Notes: generated from the sequence alone by a model not told the origin. Counted from the first letter of the stretch, positions 39,670 through 50,493 are shown. The stretch is 64,000 nt of DNA from Candidatus Kapaibacterium sp. (GCA_963664875.1 OY761611.1:1728001-1792000); one strand, 5' to 3'. Numbers and translations: made by a program.

Positions 39670-40518
39670 ATGAAAACTAAAATTGTCGCTTTTGCGATTG
39701 CAGCATTTGCACTAAGCTCTTGTGTGTCTTCTTCAAAATATGACGCTATGGTAGCAGAACGCGATCAGGTAACTGCTTCCAAAGATTCGCTTCAAAACGA
39801 ATACCGTTTATTAAATGCAAAATATTTAGAGAAAGTTGATGAAGTTGCCGGTTTGAAACAAGAATTAAAAGTAATGACTGATAAGTACAATGAGCTCAAA
39901 AAAAGCTATGAGGCTCTGAAAACAAGCTCAACAGAAAATGTTCAGGATTTGCTCACAAGAATCGAAACTTTGGAGAAATCTATCGCTGAAAAAGAAGCTA
40001 AAATTGCTGATATCAACCAAAAACTTGCAGAACGAGAAAACAAAATGAAACGCTTGCAGCAAACTATCAGCAATGCTTTGCTCAGCTTCAAAGATAGCGG
40101 ACTGGAAGTTAGCATCAAAGATGGCAAGGTTTATGTTTCACTTTCAAATAAACTTTTATTCTCTTCAGGAAGTACTAAAATTGACAAAGAAGGACAAAAA
40201 GCTCTTATAGAGCTTGCCAATGTTCTGAAAACTCAACCTGATATAAACGTACTTGTCGAAGGTCACACTGATGACAAAAAAGTTTCCGGGGGTCAAAGAT
40301 TTAGCGACAACTGGGATTTGAGTGTGCTACGTGCTACTGAAGTTGTGCGTTATCTTACTGTGGACGGTGGTCTCGAATCAACAAGAATCATCGCTTCCGG
40401 CAGAGGAGAGTTTTTCCCTATTAGAGCTGAAGACTCTGACGAAGCAAGAGCAGTAAACAGAAGAACCGAAATCATCCTAACGCCTAAATTAGATGCACTT
40501 TTCGAGATTATAGAGTAA
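39670..40518 (+). CDS. OmpA/MotB-family lipoprotein with coiled coil
   Basis: Lipobox LSSC, heptad-rich middle, VEGHTD, DNWDLSVLRA, NRRTEI. Confidence 0.9.
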   Translation: MKTKIVAFAIAAFALSSCVSSSKYDAMVAERDQVTASKDSLQNEYRLLNAKYLEKVDEVAGLKQELKVMTDKYNELKKSYEALKTSSTENVQDLLTRIETLEKSIAEKEAKIADINQKLAERENKMKRLQQTISNALLSFKDSGLEVSIKDGKVYVSLSNKLLFSSGSTKIDKEGQKALIELANVLKTQPDINVLVEGHTDDKKVSGGQRFSDNWDLSVLRATEVVRYLTVDGGLESTRIIASGRGEFFPIRAEDSDEARAVNRRTEIILTPKLDALFEIIE

Positions 40519-40570
40519 AATCTGACTCTACGAGTCTTTGAAGATTTAGATTTTAGTATGAAAATCATTT

Positions 40571-40610
40571 CGCCATGGCAAAGAAGAAAATTTCCCATGG
40601 CGTTTTTTTT
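40571..40610 (+). terminator. Intrinsic terminator
   Basis: CGCCATGG...CCATGGCG followed by T8. Confidence 0.75.
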
Positions 40611-40726
40611 ACTTATAATGAGACGATATTTTTCAACTCACAAATACTTTCCTGCCAATTTGCATAAGAATCATACAACCAGTATATTTGTTTATCATAA
40701 TAGTAACATCATCATTGTTTTTTTCG

Positions 40727-41029
40727 ATGAAACTTAAGATCTTACTTCTCGAATCTGCGTTAGTCTCGATTGCAGCAAGCATAATAACTTTGCTTATCTT
40801 ATTTTTGTTTAGTCAGATAGATAGCCTTGGAATGTTGTTAATTAAAACAATAACAAGTGCTTTTATCTTTAGTCTTATTTTATTTCAATTCTCCGGCGAT
40901 GCTTACAAAAAGAATTTGTCTGAATTGAAGAATATCTCGGAAATCAGACTGACAAACTTTGGCTATTGGTCATTATTCATAAAATTAGCATCAATAACTG
41001 TATTCTTGGTTTTTACGGAAATGTTTTAA
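40727..41029 (+). CDS. Small hypothetical membrane protein
   Basis: Three hydrophobic segments; start uncertain. Confidence 0.5.
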   Translation: MKLKILLLESALVSIAASIITLLILFLFSQIDSLGMLLIKTITSAFIFSLILFQFSGDAYKKNLSELKNISEIRLTNFGYWSLFIKLASITVFLVFTEMF

Positions 41030-41368
41030 ACCTCATTTGTCATTAGGGCTCAAAAAGACATTTATTTTTCTTTATTTACAAAGAAAAATTCAAATCGTAA
41101 ATGTAAGAAAAACTTACATATTGAATCATCGAACAAGGTAAAGATTGCTGAGCTGAGAGTTTATGCCGAGCAAAGTCGAGGTAAAGCATAACCCATTTCC
41201 CAGCAACAAGATATCGACGTATATTGATTTTTCTAATGACATCTATTTTTTATAAAATCTTTTGCTCATTTTGCAATCGTCGCCACAGTGTAGCGACAAT
41301 ATTAACAAAAATATCCGCAGCAAATCAAATTCACTGCGGATATTTAATATTACAGATACTAATTTGGA

Positions 41369-42796
41369 TTATAACCAAACATCCGGATTTTTCAAATATT
41401 CGTTGATTGATTCAGCTGCTGTTCTGCCTGCTCCCATCGCTAGGATTACGGTTGCACCACCTGTAACAATATCACCACCGGCAAATATGCCTTTTTTGTT
41501 AGTTCGCATTGTTTTTTCGTCAACTAAGATATTGCCCCATTTGTTTACATCCAAATCAGGTGTTGATTGGCTTATAATTGGGTTGGAACCATTGCCGATT
41601 GCTACCACTGCAACCTGAACTTCAATTTCTTCGATAGCTCCTTCGATTGGAACCGGTCTTCTTCTGCCTGAGGCATCAGGTTCTCCTAGTTCCATTTTCT
41701 GCAGCTTCATAGATTGCAACCAACCTTTATCATTTCCGATTAGTTCAGTTGGATTGTGAAGCAGCAAGAACTCTACACCTTCTTCTTTGGCATGATGTAT
41801 CTCTTCCACACGAGCCGGCATCTCAGCTTCAGTTCTGCGATATATAATCATGGCTCTTTTTGCACCAAGACGAAGTGAAGTCCTCACCGCATCCATAGCA
41901 GTATTACCACCGCCAAAAACTGCAACTGTTTTACCTTTTATGTCAAACATTGGAGTGTCGTTGTTAGGGAAATCGTAAGCTTTCATTAGGTTTACACGAG
42001 TAAGGTATTCATTAGATGAATATACACCGTTCAAATGCTCACCCGGGATATTAAGAAAGTAAGGCAATCCTGCACCGACACCAATGAATGACGCATCAAA
42101 ACGAAGCATAAGCTCCTCTAATGTTTCAGTCAAACCAACCACATAGTTAGTTTCAAATTTCACACCGAGGGTCTTTAGATTTTCTACTTCTGCTTGCACT
42201 ATTTCTTTTGGCAGACGAAACTCTGGGATACCATACATCAAAACGCCGCCGATTGCGTGCAATGCTTCAAATACAGTAACTTCATGCCCCATTTGGATTA
42301 AATCGCCGGCACAGCTCAAGCCTGCAGGGCCGCCACCTATAATGGCAACTTTTTTGCCTGTCTTATTTTTTATTTCAGGAAGCTCTATTTTGACATTATT
42401 TCTCTGCCAATCTGAGGCAAATCTTTCCAAGTATCCAATTGCAACCGGAGTGCCTTTTTTGCCGAGAATACATACTTTTTCGCATTGCTCTTCCTGTGGA
42501 CAAACACGACCGCAAACTGCAGGAAGTGCGTTATCTTCTTTCAATATTTCTGCAGCTCTATTAAAATTACCCAGAGCTATTTGCTCTATAAATTGAGGGA
42601 TTTTAACATTAACCGGACATCCGTCAACGCATAGAGGATTTTTACATTGGATACATCTGTTTGCTTCTTCGATAGCAGTTTCCGGTGCATAACCCAAATT
42701 TACTTCTTGAAAATTTTTATTTCTTACATTTGGATCCTGCTCAGGCATCTTATGTCTTGGAATAGCCATTCTTTCTTTTTTGGTCAATTCAGCCAT
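41369..42796 (-). CDS. nfnB: NfnB/SudA (GltD-like large subunit of electron-bifurcating transhydrogenase; often annotated gltA)
   Basis: RCIQC..P.CVDGCPV, CGRVCPQEEQCE, GGGPAGL, GGGNTAMD, AGGDIVTG; paired with an NfnA-like gene and no gltB nearby. Confidence 0.9.
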   Translation of the reverse strand: MAELTKKERMAIPRHKMPEQDPNVRNKNFQEVNLGYAPETAIEEANRCIQCKNPLCVDGCPVNVKIPQFIEQIALGNFNRAAEILKEDNALPAVCGRVCPQEEQCEKVCILGKKGTPVAIGYLERFASDWQRNNVKIELPEIKNKTGKKVAIIGGGPAGLSCAGDLIQMGHEVTVFEALHAIGGVLMYGIPEFRLPKEIVQAEVENLKTLGVKFETNYVVGLTETLEELMLRFDASFIGVGAGLPYFLNIPGEHLNGVYSSNEYLTRVNLMKAYDFPNNDTPMFDIKGKTVAVFGGGNTAMDAVRTSLRLGAKRAMIIYRRTEAEMPARVEEIHHAKEEGVEFLLLHNPTELIGNDKGWLQSMKLQKMELGEPDASGRRRPVPIEGAIEEIEVQVAVVAIGNGSNPIISQSTPDLDVNKWGNILVDEKTMRTNKKGIFAGGDIVTGGATVILAMGAGRTAAESINEYLKNPDVWL

Positions 42797-43659
42797 TACT
42801 TTTTCTCCTCTAAGCCTGCATTAAACATCTTGTCCATATTACATTCGTGTTCTTCTTTTGAAACGGTTTCCTGTTCTTGGTACATGAAGTTTCTGTTTCT
42901 TAAAATATCAAAATCTACTTCATGCGCATCAAACTCAGGGCCATCAACACAGACAAATACTGTTTTACCGCCGACAGTTGCACGACATCCGCCGCACATT
43001 CCCGTACCGTCAACCATAACAGGATTCAAACTTACCACGGTTTTAATGCCATAAGGACGAGTGAGATCAGCAATAGCTCTCATCATCGGGATAGGACCTA
43101 TAGCAAGCACAAAGTCAATCTTCCTGCCTTCGTCAATCAATTCCTGCAACTTCTGAGTTACAAAGCCATGGAAACCATAAGAACCGTCGTCAGTTGTAGG
43201 ATAGACCTCATCAGAGACTTCTTTCATCTCATTTTCTAAAATAACATGTTCTTGAGATCTGCCACCTATAATACTGATTACGTGATTACCTGCTTCTTTT
43301 AGTGCTTTAGCAGTTGGGAAGGCAATTGCAGTACCCACGCCTCCACCAATAGAAACAGCAGTCCCGAAGTTTTCAATGTGTGATGCTTTGCCGAGTGGAC
43401 CGACTAAATCCTGGATATAGTCTCCTGCTTCGAGATTATTAAGCATCTTTGTGGTTTTACCCACACCTTGAACGATAATTGTTATGGTGCCGTCATTTGT
43501 ATTCGAATCAGCTATAGTTAGCGGTATTCTTTCACCGTTTTCGTGAACTCTAAGTATGATAAACTGTCCTGCTTTACGCTTTTCAGCAATTTTTGGAGCT
43601 TCAATTCTGAAAAGCTTTATCTCAGGGCCTATAAATCTGGCTTCAACTATTTTGTTCAT
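42796..43659 (-). CDS. nfnA: NfnA/SudB (PyrK-like FAD/[2Fe-2S] small subunit)
   Basis: GERIPLTIAD, GGGVG, MVDGTGMCGGCR...CVDGPEF. Confidence 0.92.
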   Translation of the reverse strand: MNKIVEARFIGPEIKLFRIEAPKIAEKRKAGQFIILRVHENGERIPLTIADSNTNDGTITIIVQGVGKTTKMLNNLEAGDYIQDLVGPLGKASHIENFGTAVSIGGGVGTAIAFPTAKALKEAGNHVISIIGGRSQEHVILENEMKEVSDEVYPTTDDGSYGFHGFVTQKLQELIDEGRKIDFVLAIGPIPMMRAIADLTRPYGIKTVVSLNPVMVDGTGMCGGCRATVGGKTVFVCVDGPEFDAHEVDFDILRNRNFMYQEQETVSKEEHECNMDKMFNAGLEEKK

Positions 43660-43991
43660 GTTGTCCCCTGAATGATATATATATGTGAGTGTGAGTGTTA
43701 ATTAGCCGTTAGCATTTTTCTAATATAAGAAATAAAAAACAAAATTGCATAGAGAATAGTAAAAATGCTTCGACTTCTGATACTATTAACTTACCAAAAG
43801 GTCAAATATTTAGCTTTGACAGAGAAATAAGCTCAGAGGCTATACGAAGTTTATATAATATCCAAAGCAATATTTAGCTTTTAATCTTATCAGTGTTTTA
43901 TTTAAATAGTATCTTTTTTGAACTTTATTCGTATTATTAGCAATTGTTTTTCGATTTTGTACTTTCGTTACATCTAAAGCCGGAGCGTATA

Positions 43992-44882
43992 GTGAAAAAT
44001 GTAATTTATACTTTTGCCATTCTATTGTTGACTTTTTCCGTTTCCCTTTCTGCTCAAGACACTTATGTAGAAGATGAAGCAGATACACTAACTAAGCAGG
44101 AACCAAGGATTACTCATCGAGATGTATTGGACAGTCTCAAAAGATTTGTCAATACAAGATCTGCTATCGGCTTGATGGGAGGAACAACAATTAACGATAA
44201 TAGCGATGCTTTCGGTGAAGGGAATACTTCTTTTGGTTTCTTTTTGGGTACTATTAGCACTACAAGATTAGAATTTGAAAACATAATTGATGTAGATCAG
44301 TCGCATTTAGGCATCAACTTTACGGATTTCATAGGCGAATCAGGCAACAAGTTTAGCTTATTTTCCGTCGAACTTTCAGATGTGGCAGGAAAATCATGGG
44401 AGTTGTCAAAGGATCACCTTTTAGGTTTCTATGTTGGTGGTGCTATTACATGGACAAATATTGACCTCGAAAATCCATATTTAGGTAGCTTTAACGAAGG
44501 TGAAGCCCGAATATCAGCAGAGGATGATGATTATCTGGCTACAAATTTTGGTGACACCTATAAATGGGGTATCACATATTCTGTTGCAGAATCTATTAAT
44601 TTTAATGCAGGCTGGGAATCCAATCACGTATTGCATCACTTTCTGCCTTACAAATATATCTTGAGTAGAATGCTTTATGCTCTTGGCCATGAAATTATCA
44701 AAGGAACCAGTTCTACAATTTTTGGAGTAAATTATTTTACGCCTGTAGTCGATTTCGTGCTTAGAGGTGCGTATTATTTACTCTTAGATAATATAAATAA
44801 AAAGGAAATGTACGGCCCATATAGTGGTTCGCCTTCATTCCACTTCAATCAATTCAAATTTGCAGTTTCTTACAGTTTGTAA
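43992..44882 (+). CDS. Hypothetical outer-membrane beta-barrel protein
   Basis: GTG start with GGAG upstream, signal peptide ending LSAQ, ends FKFAVSYSL. Confidence 0.7.
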   Translation: MKNVIYTFAILLLTFSVSLSAQDTYVEDEADTLTKQEPRITHRDVLDSLKRFVNTRSAIGLMGGTTINDNSDAFGEGNTSFGFFLGTISTTRLEFENIIDVDQSHLGINFTDFIGESGNKFSLFSVELSDVAGKSWELSKDHLLGFYVGGAITWTNIDLENPYLGSFNEGEARISAEDDDYLATNFGDTYKWGITYSVAESINFNAGWESNHVLHHFLPYKYILSRMLYALGHEIIKGTSSTIFGVNYFTPVVDFVLRGAYYLLLDNINKKEMYGPYSGSPSFHFNQFKFAVSYSL

Positions 44883-44916
44883 GGCAAAAAAATAAAATTA
44901 CAAGTGATAAAGACAT

Positions 44917-44961
44917 AAAAAAAATCCGCATCGAGTCCCATAGCCAATGCGGATTTTTTTT
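44917..44961. terminator. Bidirectional terminator
   Basis: A8-TCCGCAT...ATGCGGA-T8. Confidence 0.88.
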
Positions 44962-44995
44962 ATGTACGGTGTGAGTCCGATTTTTTTGTCTTTTT

Positions 44996-46501
44996 TTATT
45001 TGTCACAGATATAGTCGTTCCAGTTTACCCCTCTCATGTCGCCATCCTTCTGCAATTTGATGTGCATACCAAATGCTGCAGCAAGGTGAGTTGGTGTATG
45101 ACTGTGGTCACCTGTTATTTTTACATATTCCCAAAGCTGATCTTTGTAATCAGGATGAACGCAATTTTCGATGATCGCTCTCATTTTTTCTTTAGGAGAT
45201 TTGGATCTCAAATCAGCGATACCTTGCTCAGTGATTATTATCTGTACTGAGTGTTCGTTGTGATCTACGTGCGATACCATTGGAACAAAAGCGGATATTT
45301 TTCCACCTTTAGCAACTGAAGGGCAAGTAAAGATAGAAATATAAGCATTACGTGTGAAATCGCCTGAACCGCCGATACCGTTCATCATTTTTGAACCCAT
45401 CACCTGAGTGCTGTTTACGTGTCCAAAAAGGTCACATTCCAAAGCTGTATTTATTGAGATAATACCAATTCTTCTTGCAATCTCAGGGTTATTTGATATT
45501 TCCTGAGGTCTTAGAACTAATTTATCTTTAAAGAAGTCCCAATCAGCATATATTTTTTTGAGCTGGTCATCAGAAACTGTTAGTGAGCAGCCAGAAGCAA
45601 ATTTGATTCTACCTTCGAGCATCAAATCTATAACAGAGTCTTGGATTACTTCTGTGTACATTTCAAAATCAGGAATATCTTTTGCCTGTCCTAAAGCTCC
45701 AAGTACAGCATTGGCAATATTGCCCACACCTGACTGTATCGGAAGGAAAGAAGCAGGAATTCTACCGTCTTTCAGTTCTTTTGCTAAAAACGCTGCTACG
45801 TTTTGTCCGATTCTGTTTGTAACTTCATCAGTAGCTGAAAAAGCACCAACACCATCGGGAGCATTTGTTTTTACAACACCAACTATTTTGGCAGGATCTA
45901 CTTTAATTACAGGGCTACCCGCTCTGTCTTTTGCACTATATAATGGAATTTCTCTTCTGTTTGGTGGGTCTAAAGGTATATGAATATCGTGCAGACCTCT
46001 TAATTCTTTAGGATGAAATTCATTTAGCTCTATCAAGATTTTATCTGCTACCTGGCAAATCGAAGGTGAAATGCCAACACCTGTAGTCAGTACTATTTCG
46101 CCGTCTTCTGTAACGTCGCAGGCTTCTATAATACCCCATTTCATTTTACCTAAAAAGCCATAACGAAGATTTTGTGCAACCACAGATAAGTGCGAATCGA
46201 AGTACTCAGCTCTGCCTTCGTTGATTGCATCTCTAAGGTCTTTGTTTGATTGGTATGGAGTCCTGAAAGCAACTGCATCAGCACGAGCCAAAGCACCATC
46301 TAAAGAGTCTCCTGTAGAGGCACCGGTTATAACTCCGATTTTGAAAGGATTACCTTCTGCATGGATTTTTTTTGCCATTTCACCTATTGCTGTAGGTATT
46401 GCTTTTGCTGCACCTGCAGGAGTGAATCCACTAAAACCAACTATATCGCCATGCGCGATATGAGACGCTGCTTCTTCCGCAGAAATAAAATTGAGAGCCA
46501 T
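44996..46501 (-). CDS. Succinate/acetate CoA-transferase (acetyl-CoA hydrolase family)
   Basis: SGFTPAG, TGASTG, QSGVGNIANA, YTEVIQD, NGIGGSGDF. Confidence 0.93.
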   Translation of the reverse strand: MALNFISAEEAASHIAHGDIVGFSGFTPAGAAKAIPTAIGEMAKKIHAEGNPFKIGVITGASTGDSLDGALARADAVAFRTPYQSNKDLRDAINEGRAEYFDSHLSVVAQNLRYGFLGKMKWGIIEACDVTEDGEIVLTTGVGISPSICQVADKILIELNEFHPKELRGLHDIHIPLDPPNRREIPLYSAKDRAGSPVIKVDPAKIVGVVKTNAPDGVGAFSATDEVTNRIGQNVAAFLAKELKDGRIPASFLPIQSGVGNIANAVLGALGQAKDIPDFEMYTEVIQDSVIDLMLEGRIKFASGCSLTVSDDQLKKIYADWDFFKDKLVLRPQEISNNPEIARRIGIISINTALECDLFGHVNSTQVMGSKMMNGIGGSGDFTRNAYISIFTCPSVAKGGKISAFVPMVSHVDHNEHSVQIIITEQGIADLRSKSPKEKMRAIIENCVHPDYKDQLWEYVKITGDHSHTPTHLAAAFGMHIKLQKDGDMRGVNWNDYICDK

Positions 46502-46918
46502 ATAACTAAATCCTTGTTTTTACTTATAATTGCTCTAAACACATAAGAGACTTATGTTTAGATATTTCAACCATACAAATTTAAAATTTTTAGGATTAAG
46601 CAGACAATTTAATTTACTGCTGTATGAACGCTAAAATAGGACTAAATGAGCATTTCAGGTATATGCTTTGTAGCAGATATGATATTATAATGGCTTAGAT
46701 TTAAGTATCTCAACAATCACAAACAAGATGAATGCCATAGATTTGACATAGCTTATAATCTATGTTTTGAGCGAAGCGAAAGTCAAGAATATTAAGACAA
46801 TGTAAAAGTGGAGTTAATATTGCCGCTAAGAAATACAAATAAATCAATATTACAATCCTATAACCGAGATAAATTTCCCTATATCTAAGATTTAATTGTA
46901 TTGTTTATGAAAAGCCGT

Positions 46919-47455
46919 CTATCTGTTGATTTCCCTTCTTGGAATCATAAGTAGCATGGCAAAAATTGACATAATTGTAGTATATAGAGAGATTGCCAGA
47001 CCATATTCGGTAAATAGTGCCCAGTAATCCATCTCGCTAACTTTAATATAAAAGAAGAAATAAATGATATTGTGGAATAAGGAAGCCAGAAATACTGTAA
47101 TTAAAAACCTTACACTGCCTATAGTCTGATCCTGTTTGCCTTCTTTGTAGAAATATCCGGCTATAAATGCCACTACAGTTTTGGCGAGTGCATTGGTACC
47201 AATCACATCATGAGAGGTCATATCAAACAGCAAGCCTATACCAAAACCAAAAAAAAGACCTACAAACTGACCTTCTGATAGAGCTATCCAAACAACTAAT
47301 ATCAATAATAAATCCGGAGTCAGCCCACCAATTTCGATAAACTCAATGAACAGTGCATTTGCCAAAGAAAGGATTAGTGCAACAAGTGTATAAACTACAT
47401 AAGTCAAACCTTTAGACTTTTTACCCGTGTTCAGCTGATCTAAATATGGAAACAT
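46919..47455 (-). CDS. mreD: Rod shape-determining protein MreD
   Basis: PDLLLILVV, GLLFD, IGTNAL; polytopic; directly follows mreC. Confidence 0.88.
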   Translation of the reverse strand: MFPYLDQLNTGKKSKGLTYVVYTLVALILSLANALFIEFIEIGGLTPDLLLILVVWIALSEGQFVGLFFGFGIGLLFDMTSHDVIGTNALAKTVVAFIAGYFYKEGKQDQTIGSVRFLITVFLASLFHNIIYFFFYIKVSEMDYWALFTEYGLAISLYTTIMSIFAMLLMIPRREINR

Positions 47456-47457
47456 AT

Positions 47458-48309
47458 CTATTTTTTCTTCCTTGCTATTAGTTTTTCCTCAAACTCTTTT
47501 ATCAATTCCAATCGCTCTTCGTCCGGTATATATTTCATAACAAAGACCTGCTCTATGGTCGAAAAGTTCACGTAAGGCTCTATCTCAACTTTAAAGAACA
47601 AAGATCCCGGGTCATCCTTGATTTGTTTTATCACACCTATCGGCACATTTTTCGGATATTTATTGGTAAAATTTGAGGTAAGCACCACATCACCTATCTG
47701 GACATCAAACGATGTGGGTATATTTTTAAGCAGAAGATACTCATCACCTTCCCATGCGACAATACCGTCGATGCCGGTTCGCTGAATTTTTGCAGAGATT
47801 CTGACGTTTCTGTTGAAGATAGATTCCACAAGGCTGTAATTATCAGATGACGACACAATTTGCCCGGCAAGTCCGGCATCAGTCCTTACAGACATACCCT
47901 CAGTTATTCCTTCGATTTTGCCACGGTTTAAAGTAAGTGTATTTCTCATTTCGACTGAATTTTTACCAACAACCTCTGCACTTATGACCTCGTAATCAGC
48001 ATCATCTTTAAATTCAATCATCTGACGGAGACGTTTGTTTTCAATTAGAGCATGCCTCATCCTTGTTATCTCAGCCGATTGACGAAGATTTAACTCTCTT
48101 ACGGCTCTGTTTTCGCTTTTAAGAGCTCCGGGGTTAGGAATCCAGGCAAATGCCTCCTGCATCCAGCCAACCGTCCCGATAATTACTGCCCGATACCCGC
48201 CCAACTTAGAAACATCGCCCATTGAGATTAGAGCAAGACATATAACTATCAGCGAAGCGAAAGTAATATATTCTTTGAACTTGACTATAAAATTGATTAT
48301 TCTTTGCAT
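47458..48309 (-). CDS. mreC: Rod shape-determining protein MreC
   Basis: N-terminal TM, coiled coil ENKRLRQMI, G.AG.I, GDVVLTS...YPKNVPIG. Confidence 0.93.
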   Translation of the reverse strand: MQRIINFIVKFKEYITFASLIVICLALISMGDVSKLGGYRAVIIGTVGWMQEAFAWIPNPGALKSENRAVRELNLRQSAEITRMRHALIENKRLRQMIEFKDDADYEVISAEVVGKNSVEMRNTLTLNRGKIEGITEGMSVRTDAGLAGQIVSSSDNYSLVESIFNRNVRISAKIQRTGIDGIVAWEGDEYLLLKNIPTSFDVQIGDVVLTSNFTNKYPKNVPIGVIKQIKDDPGSLFFKVEIEPYVNFSTIEQVFVMKYIPDEERLELIKEFEEKLIARKKK

Positions 48310-48579
48310 ATAGAAGTCTATCGTAAAATGCTAAAACAGCAACAATCGGAATATACAATTATATCATATATTCCGATAAGACACAAAAATAATAAGCAAT
48401 TCGCATATAAATGAGCTAATATTTTTTGAAGCTCGAAAAAGGTACTCAATTTTGAGTTTGAAGAAGCAATAATATGTCAGGTTTATTGCTGCCAATATAT
48501 TATTATAGAAGATAAAAGAGACGATCCAGTTAAGACTCTGTGAGCAAATGCAGTCATTCACTATAACGATACATTTGTT

Positions 48580-49167
48580 CTAAAAACCTATCCCCAATCC
48601 GACTCCATAGACTACAAAAACAGTGCTTTCTATTATGTCAGCACTTATGGTAGGGCTTATCGAAAATTGTTGATAATGAAAATCATAGGCAGCTCCAAAC
48701 CTAACAAAGAAATGAGAATTGGAGTGTGATATATTTTCCTCTAAAGCACTTTCTGTCCCTGCCAGCAGCACATCATTTGCTTCAAACTTATGTGTTTGAG
48801 TGTCTCCTGTCTCTAAGGTGTGATCAGTTGTGTGCGAGTCACTTGCAGTTATATATCCCGGTGCAAAAAACAATTTTAATCCCTGCCATGGATGTATAAA
48901 CAATGGCAAGGCTGCAATATATTCGGTATGTTCGGCAAGAACTATTTCACCTATCAGACCAATCCCGACATTAGGTGTCGTATGAATAAATCGATATTCG
49001 TAATCAATGCCGACTGTAAAATTGAATTCGAAAGCTATATCAGTATTAGTGGTTCCGCCAAGGAATATACCGGCATGATGCTCGTGTACCTTATGTCCGT
49101 GAGCTTCTTCAGCATTTGTATTATAGAAGCAGCAAAACAACGCTATAAGCAATATAAAACGTTTCAT
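48580..49167 (-). CDS. His-rich small outer-membrane beta-barrel protein
   Basis: Signal peptide, HGHKVHEHH, about eight amphipathic strands, His-rich loop, C-terminal GVGLGIGF. Confidence 0.7.
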   Translation of the reverse strand: MKRFILLIALFCCFYNTNAEEAHGHKVHEHHAGIFLGGTTNTDIAFEFNFTVGIDYEYRFIHTTPNVGIGLIGEIVLAEHTEYIAALPLFIHPWQGLKLFFAPGYITASDSHTTDHTLETGDTQTHKFEANDVLLAGTESALEENISHSNSHFFVRFGAAYDFHYQQFSISPTISADIIESTVFVVYGVGLGIGF

Positions 49168-49182
49168 TACTCAAACCCCTAT

Positions 49183-50139
49183 TTATTTGCGAATAAAAAT
49201 AAAAATGAGTCCACCTGCCAATAAAGCTACTACGATAACAAAAATGCCCATATAGACCATACCCGGAGTCGAAAATAAACCTTTTTCTATAGCAGGAACC
49301 TCAAATTTATTCATATCTGTCGGCCCATCTTTTTTATCTTTTCCGTGGCTGATAAGTTCAACTTGCTGAGGATGCTCTCCAAGCCATCTGACTTTACCTG
49401 ATTCGATGTCGTAAACAGCACCGACTACTGCCAACTTGCCTGTTTTTACAAGCTCTCTTGCATCTTTGGAGAAATGGAACAAATCGCTTATAGATTGCCA
49501 TACATTTTCTTCAATTGCGTAAGGAACAACCTCTTTTCCTTTCAAATGACTATACTTAGATTTGGCTTTACGAACCGCCGGCTCAATATTATCCACAAGG
49601 GCAGGTATATTGCCATGCACATGGTCTTTCATTGTTACAGCAGTAACTGCTCCACAGCTCGAATGTCCCAAAACAACCATCAATGGAGTACCAAGATGGG
49701 CTACACCATATTCTATAGAACCTATTTCGTCAACATCGCTTACGTTTCCTGCTACTTTAATCACAAACAAATCACCAATGCCCTGATCAAAGAGTATCTC
49801 AACAGGTACACGAGAATCTGAGCAAGCCATAATAGTAGCAAACGGCTTTTGCCCTTCTGTGCTTGTGTTATACCTTACTCCGTCATCAAGCCTTGGATGC
49901 ACAGAGTTACCGGCAAAAAATCTTTCATTGCCTGCCTGCAATTTCTCAAAAGCAATTTTGATTTCTTTTATCTCCAGATTTCCGGAAGATGAAGTCTGAT
50001 GCTCTGCACTATCAGTCTCATGTTCGGAAGCAGCTTCATGAGCGTCATGTTTTTCTTCGTGCGAAGGCTCATTAGATTGTAGATAAAATAGAGGTAATAA
50101 AAACAATAATGCAAAAGCGAATATAGATTTGAAGCTCAT
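49183..50139 (-). CDS. Exported beta-class carbonic anhydrase with C-terminal membrane anchor
   Basis: CSDSRVP, GDLFVIKVAGN, GHSSCGAV; signal peptide and C-terminal TM followed by RK. Confidence 0.92.
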   Translation of the reverse strand: MSFKSIFAFALLFLLPLFYLQSNEPSHEEKHDAHEAASEHETDSAEHQTSSSGNLEIKEIKIAFEKLQAGNERFFAGNSVHPRLDDGVRYNTSTEGQKPFATIMACSDSRVPVEILFDQGIGDLFVIKVAGNVSDVDEIGSIEYGVAHLGTPLMVVLGHSSCGAVTAVTMKDHVHGNIPALVDNIEPAVRKAKSKYSHLKGKEVVPYAIEENVWQSISDLFHFSKDARELVKTGKLAVVGAVYDIESGKVRWLGEHPQQVELISHGKDKKDGPTDMNKFEVPAIEKGLFSTPGMVYMGIFVIVVALLAGGLIFIFIRK

Positions 50140-50493
50140 GGTTTTCTCCGGAATAGGTTATAACAGTACAATCGAAAATAAGGACAAAATATTATTAAAC
50201 AGAATATAGTGTTTTTTTTTGAATTGCAAGTATTTGCCACATAAAATACATCAATAATCGTAAAAACTAAGATCTTATATTTTATTATAAACACATTTTT
50301 CGAGCCTGTAATCGGCTACTATAGATGCACTGCAACGATAATAACATAAAATTAATTAGGCAAATGATAAATTGAAGTTAACTTTGTATATATCCATGAA
50401 ATAAAGTCAATTTGAAGAAATTGCATTCTTTATTTCCACTAATAGGAAAACAATCATTTTTCTTGCCAATTTAAACTATGTTTGGGAGATAGT

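Noticed and set aside
39670-40518. Flagellar stator MotB
   Set aside because: It has a lipobox instead of the Asp-containing TM helix, and no motA is adjacent.
41369-42796. Glutamate synthase small subunit call
   Set aside because: No gltB adjacent, and a PyrK-like partner overlaps it, which fits NfnAB/SudAB.
50224-50240. TGGCA...TTGCA upstream of the carbonic anhydrase as a sigma54 promoter
   Set aside because: Spacing is GG-N9-GC; sigma54 requires N10.
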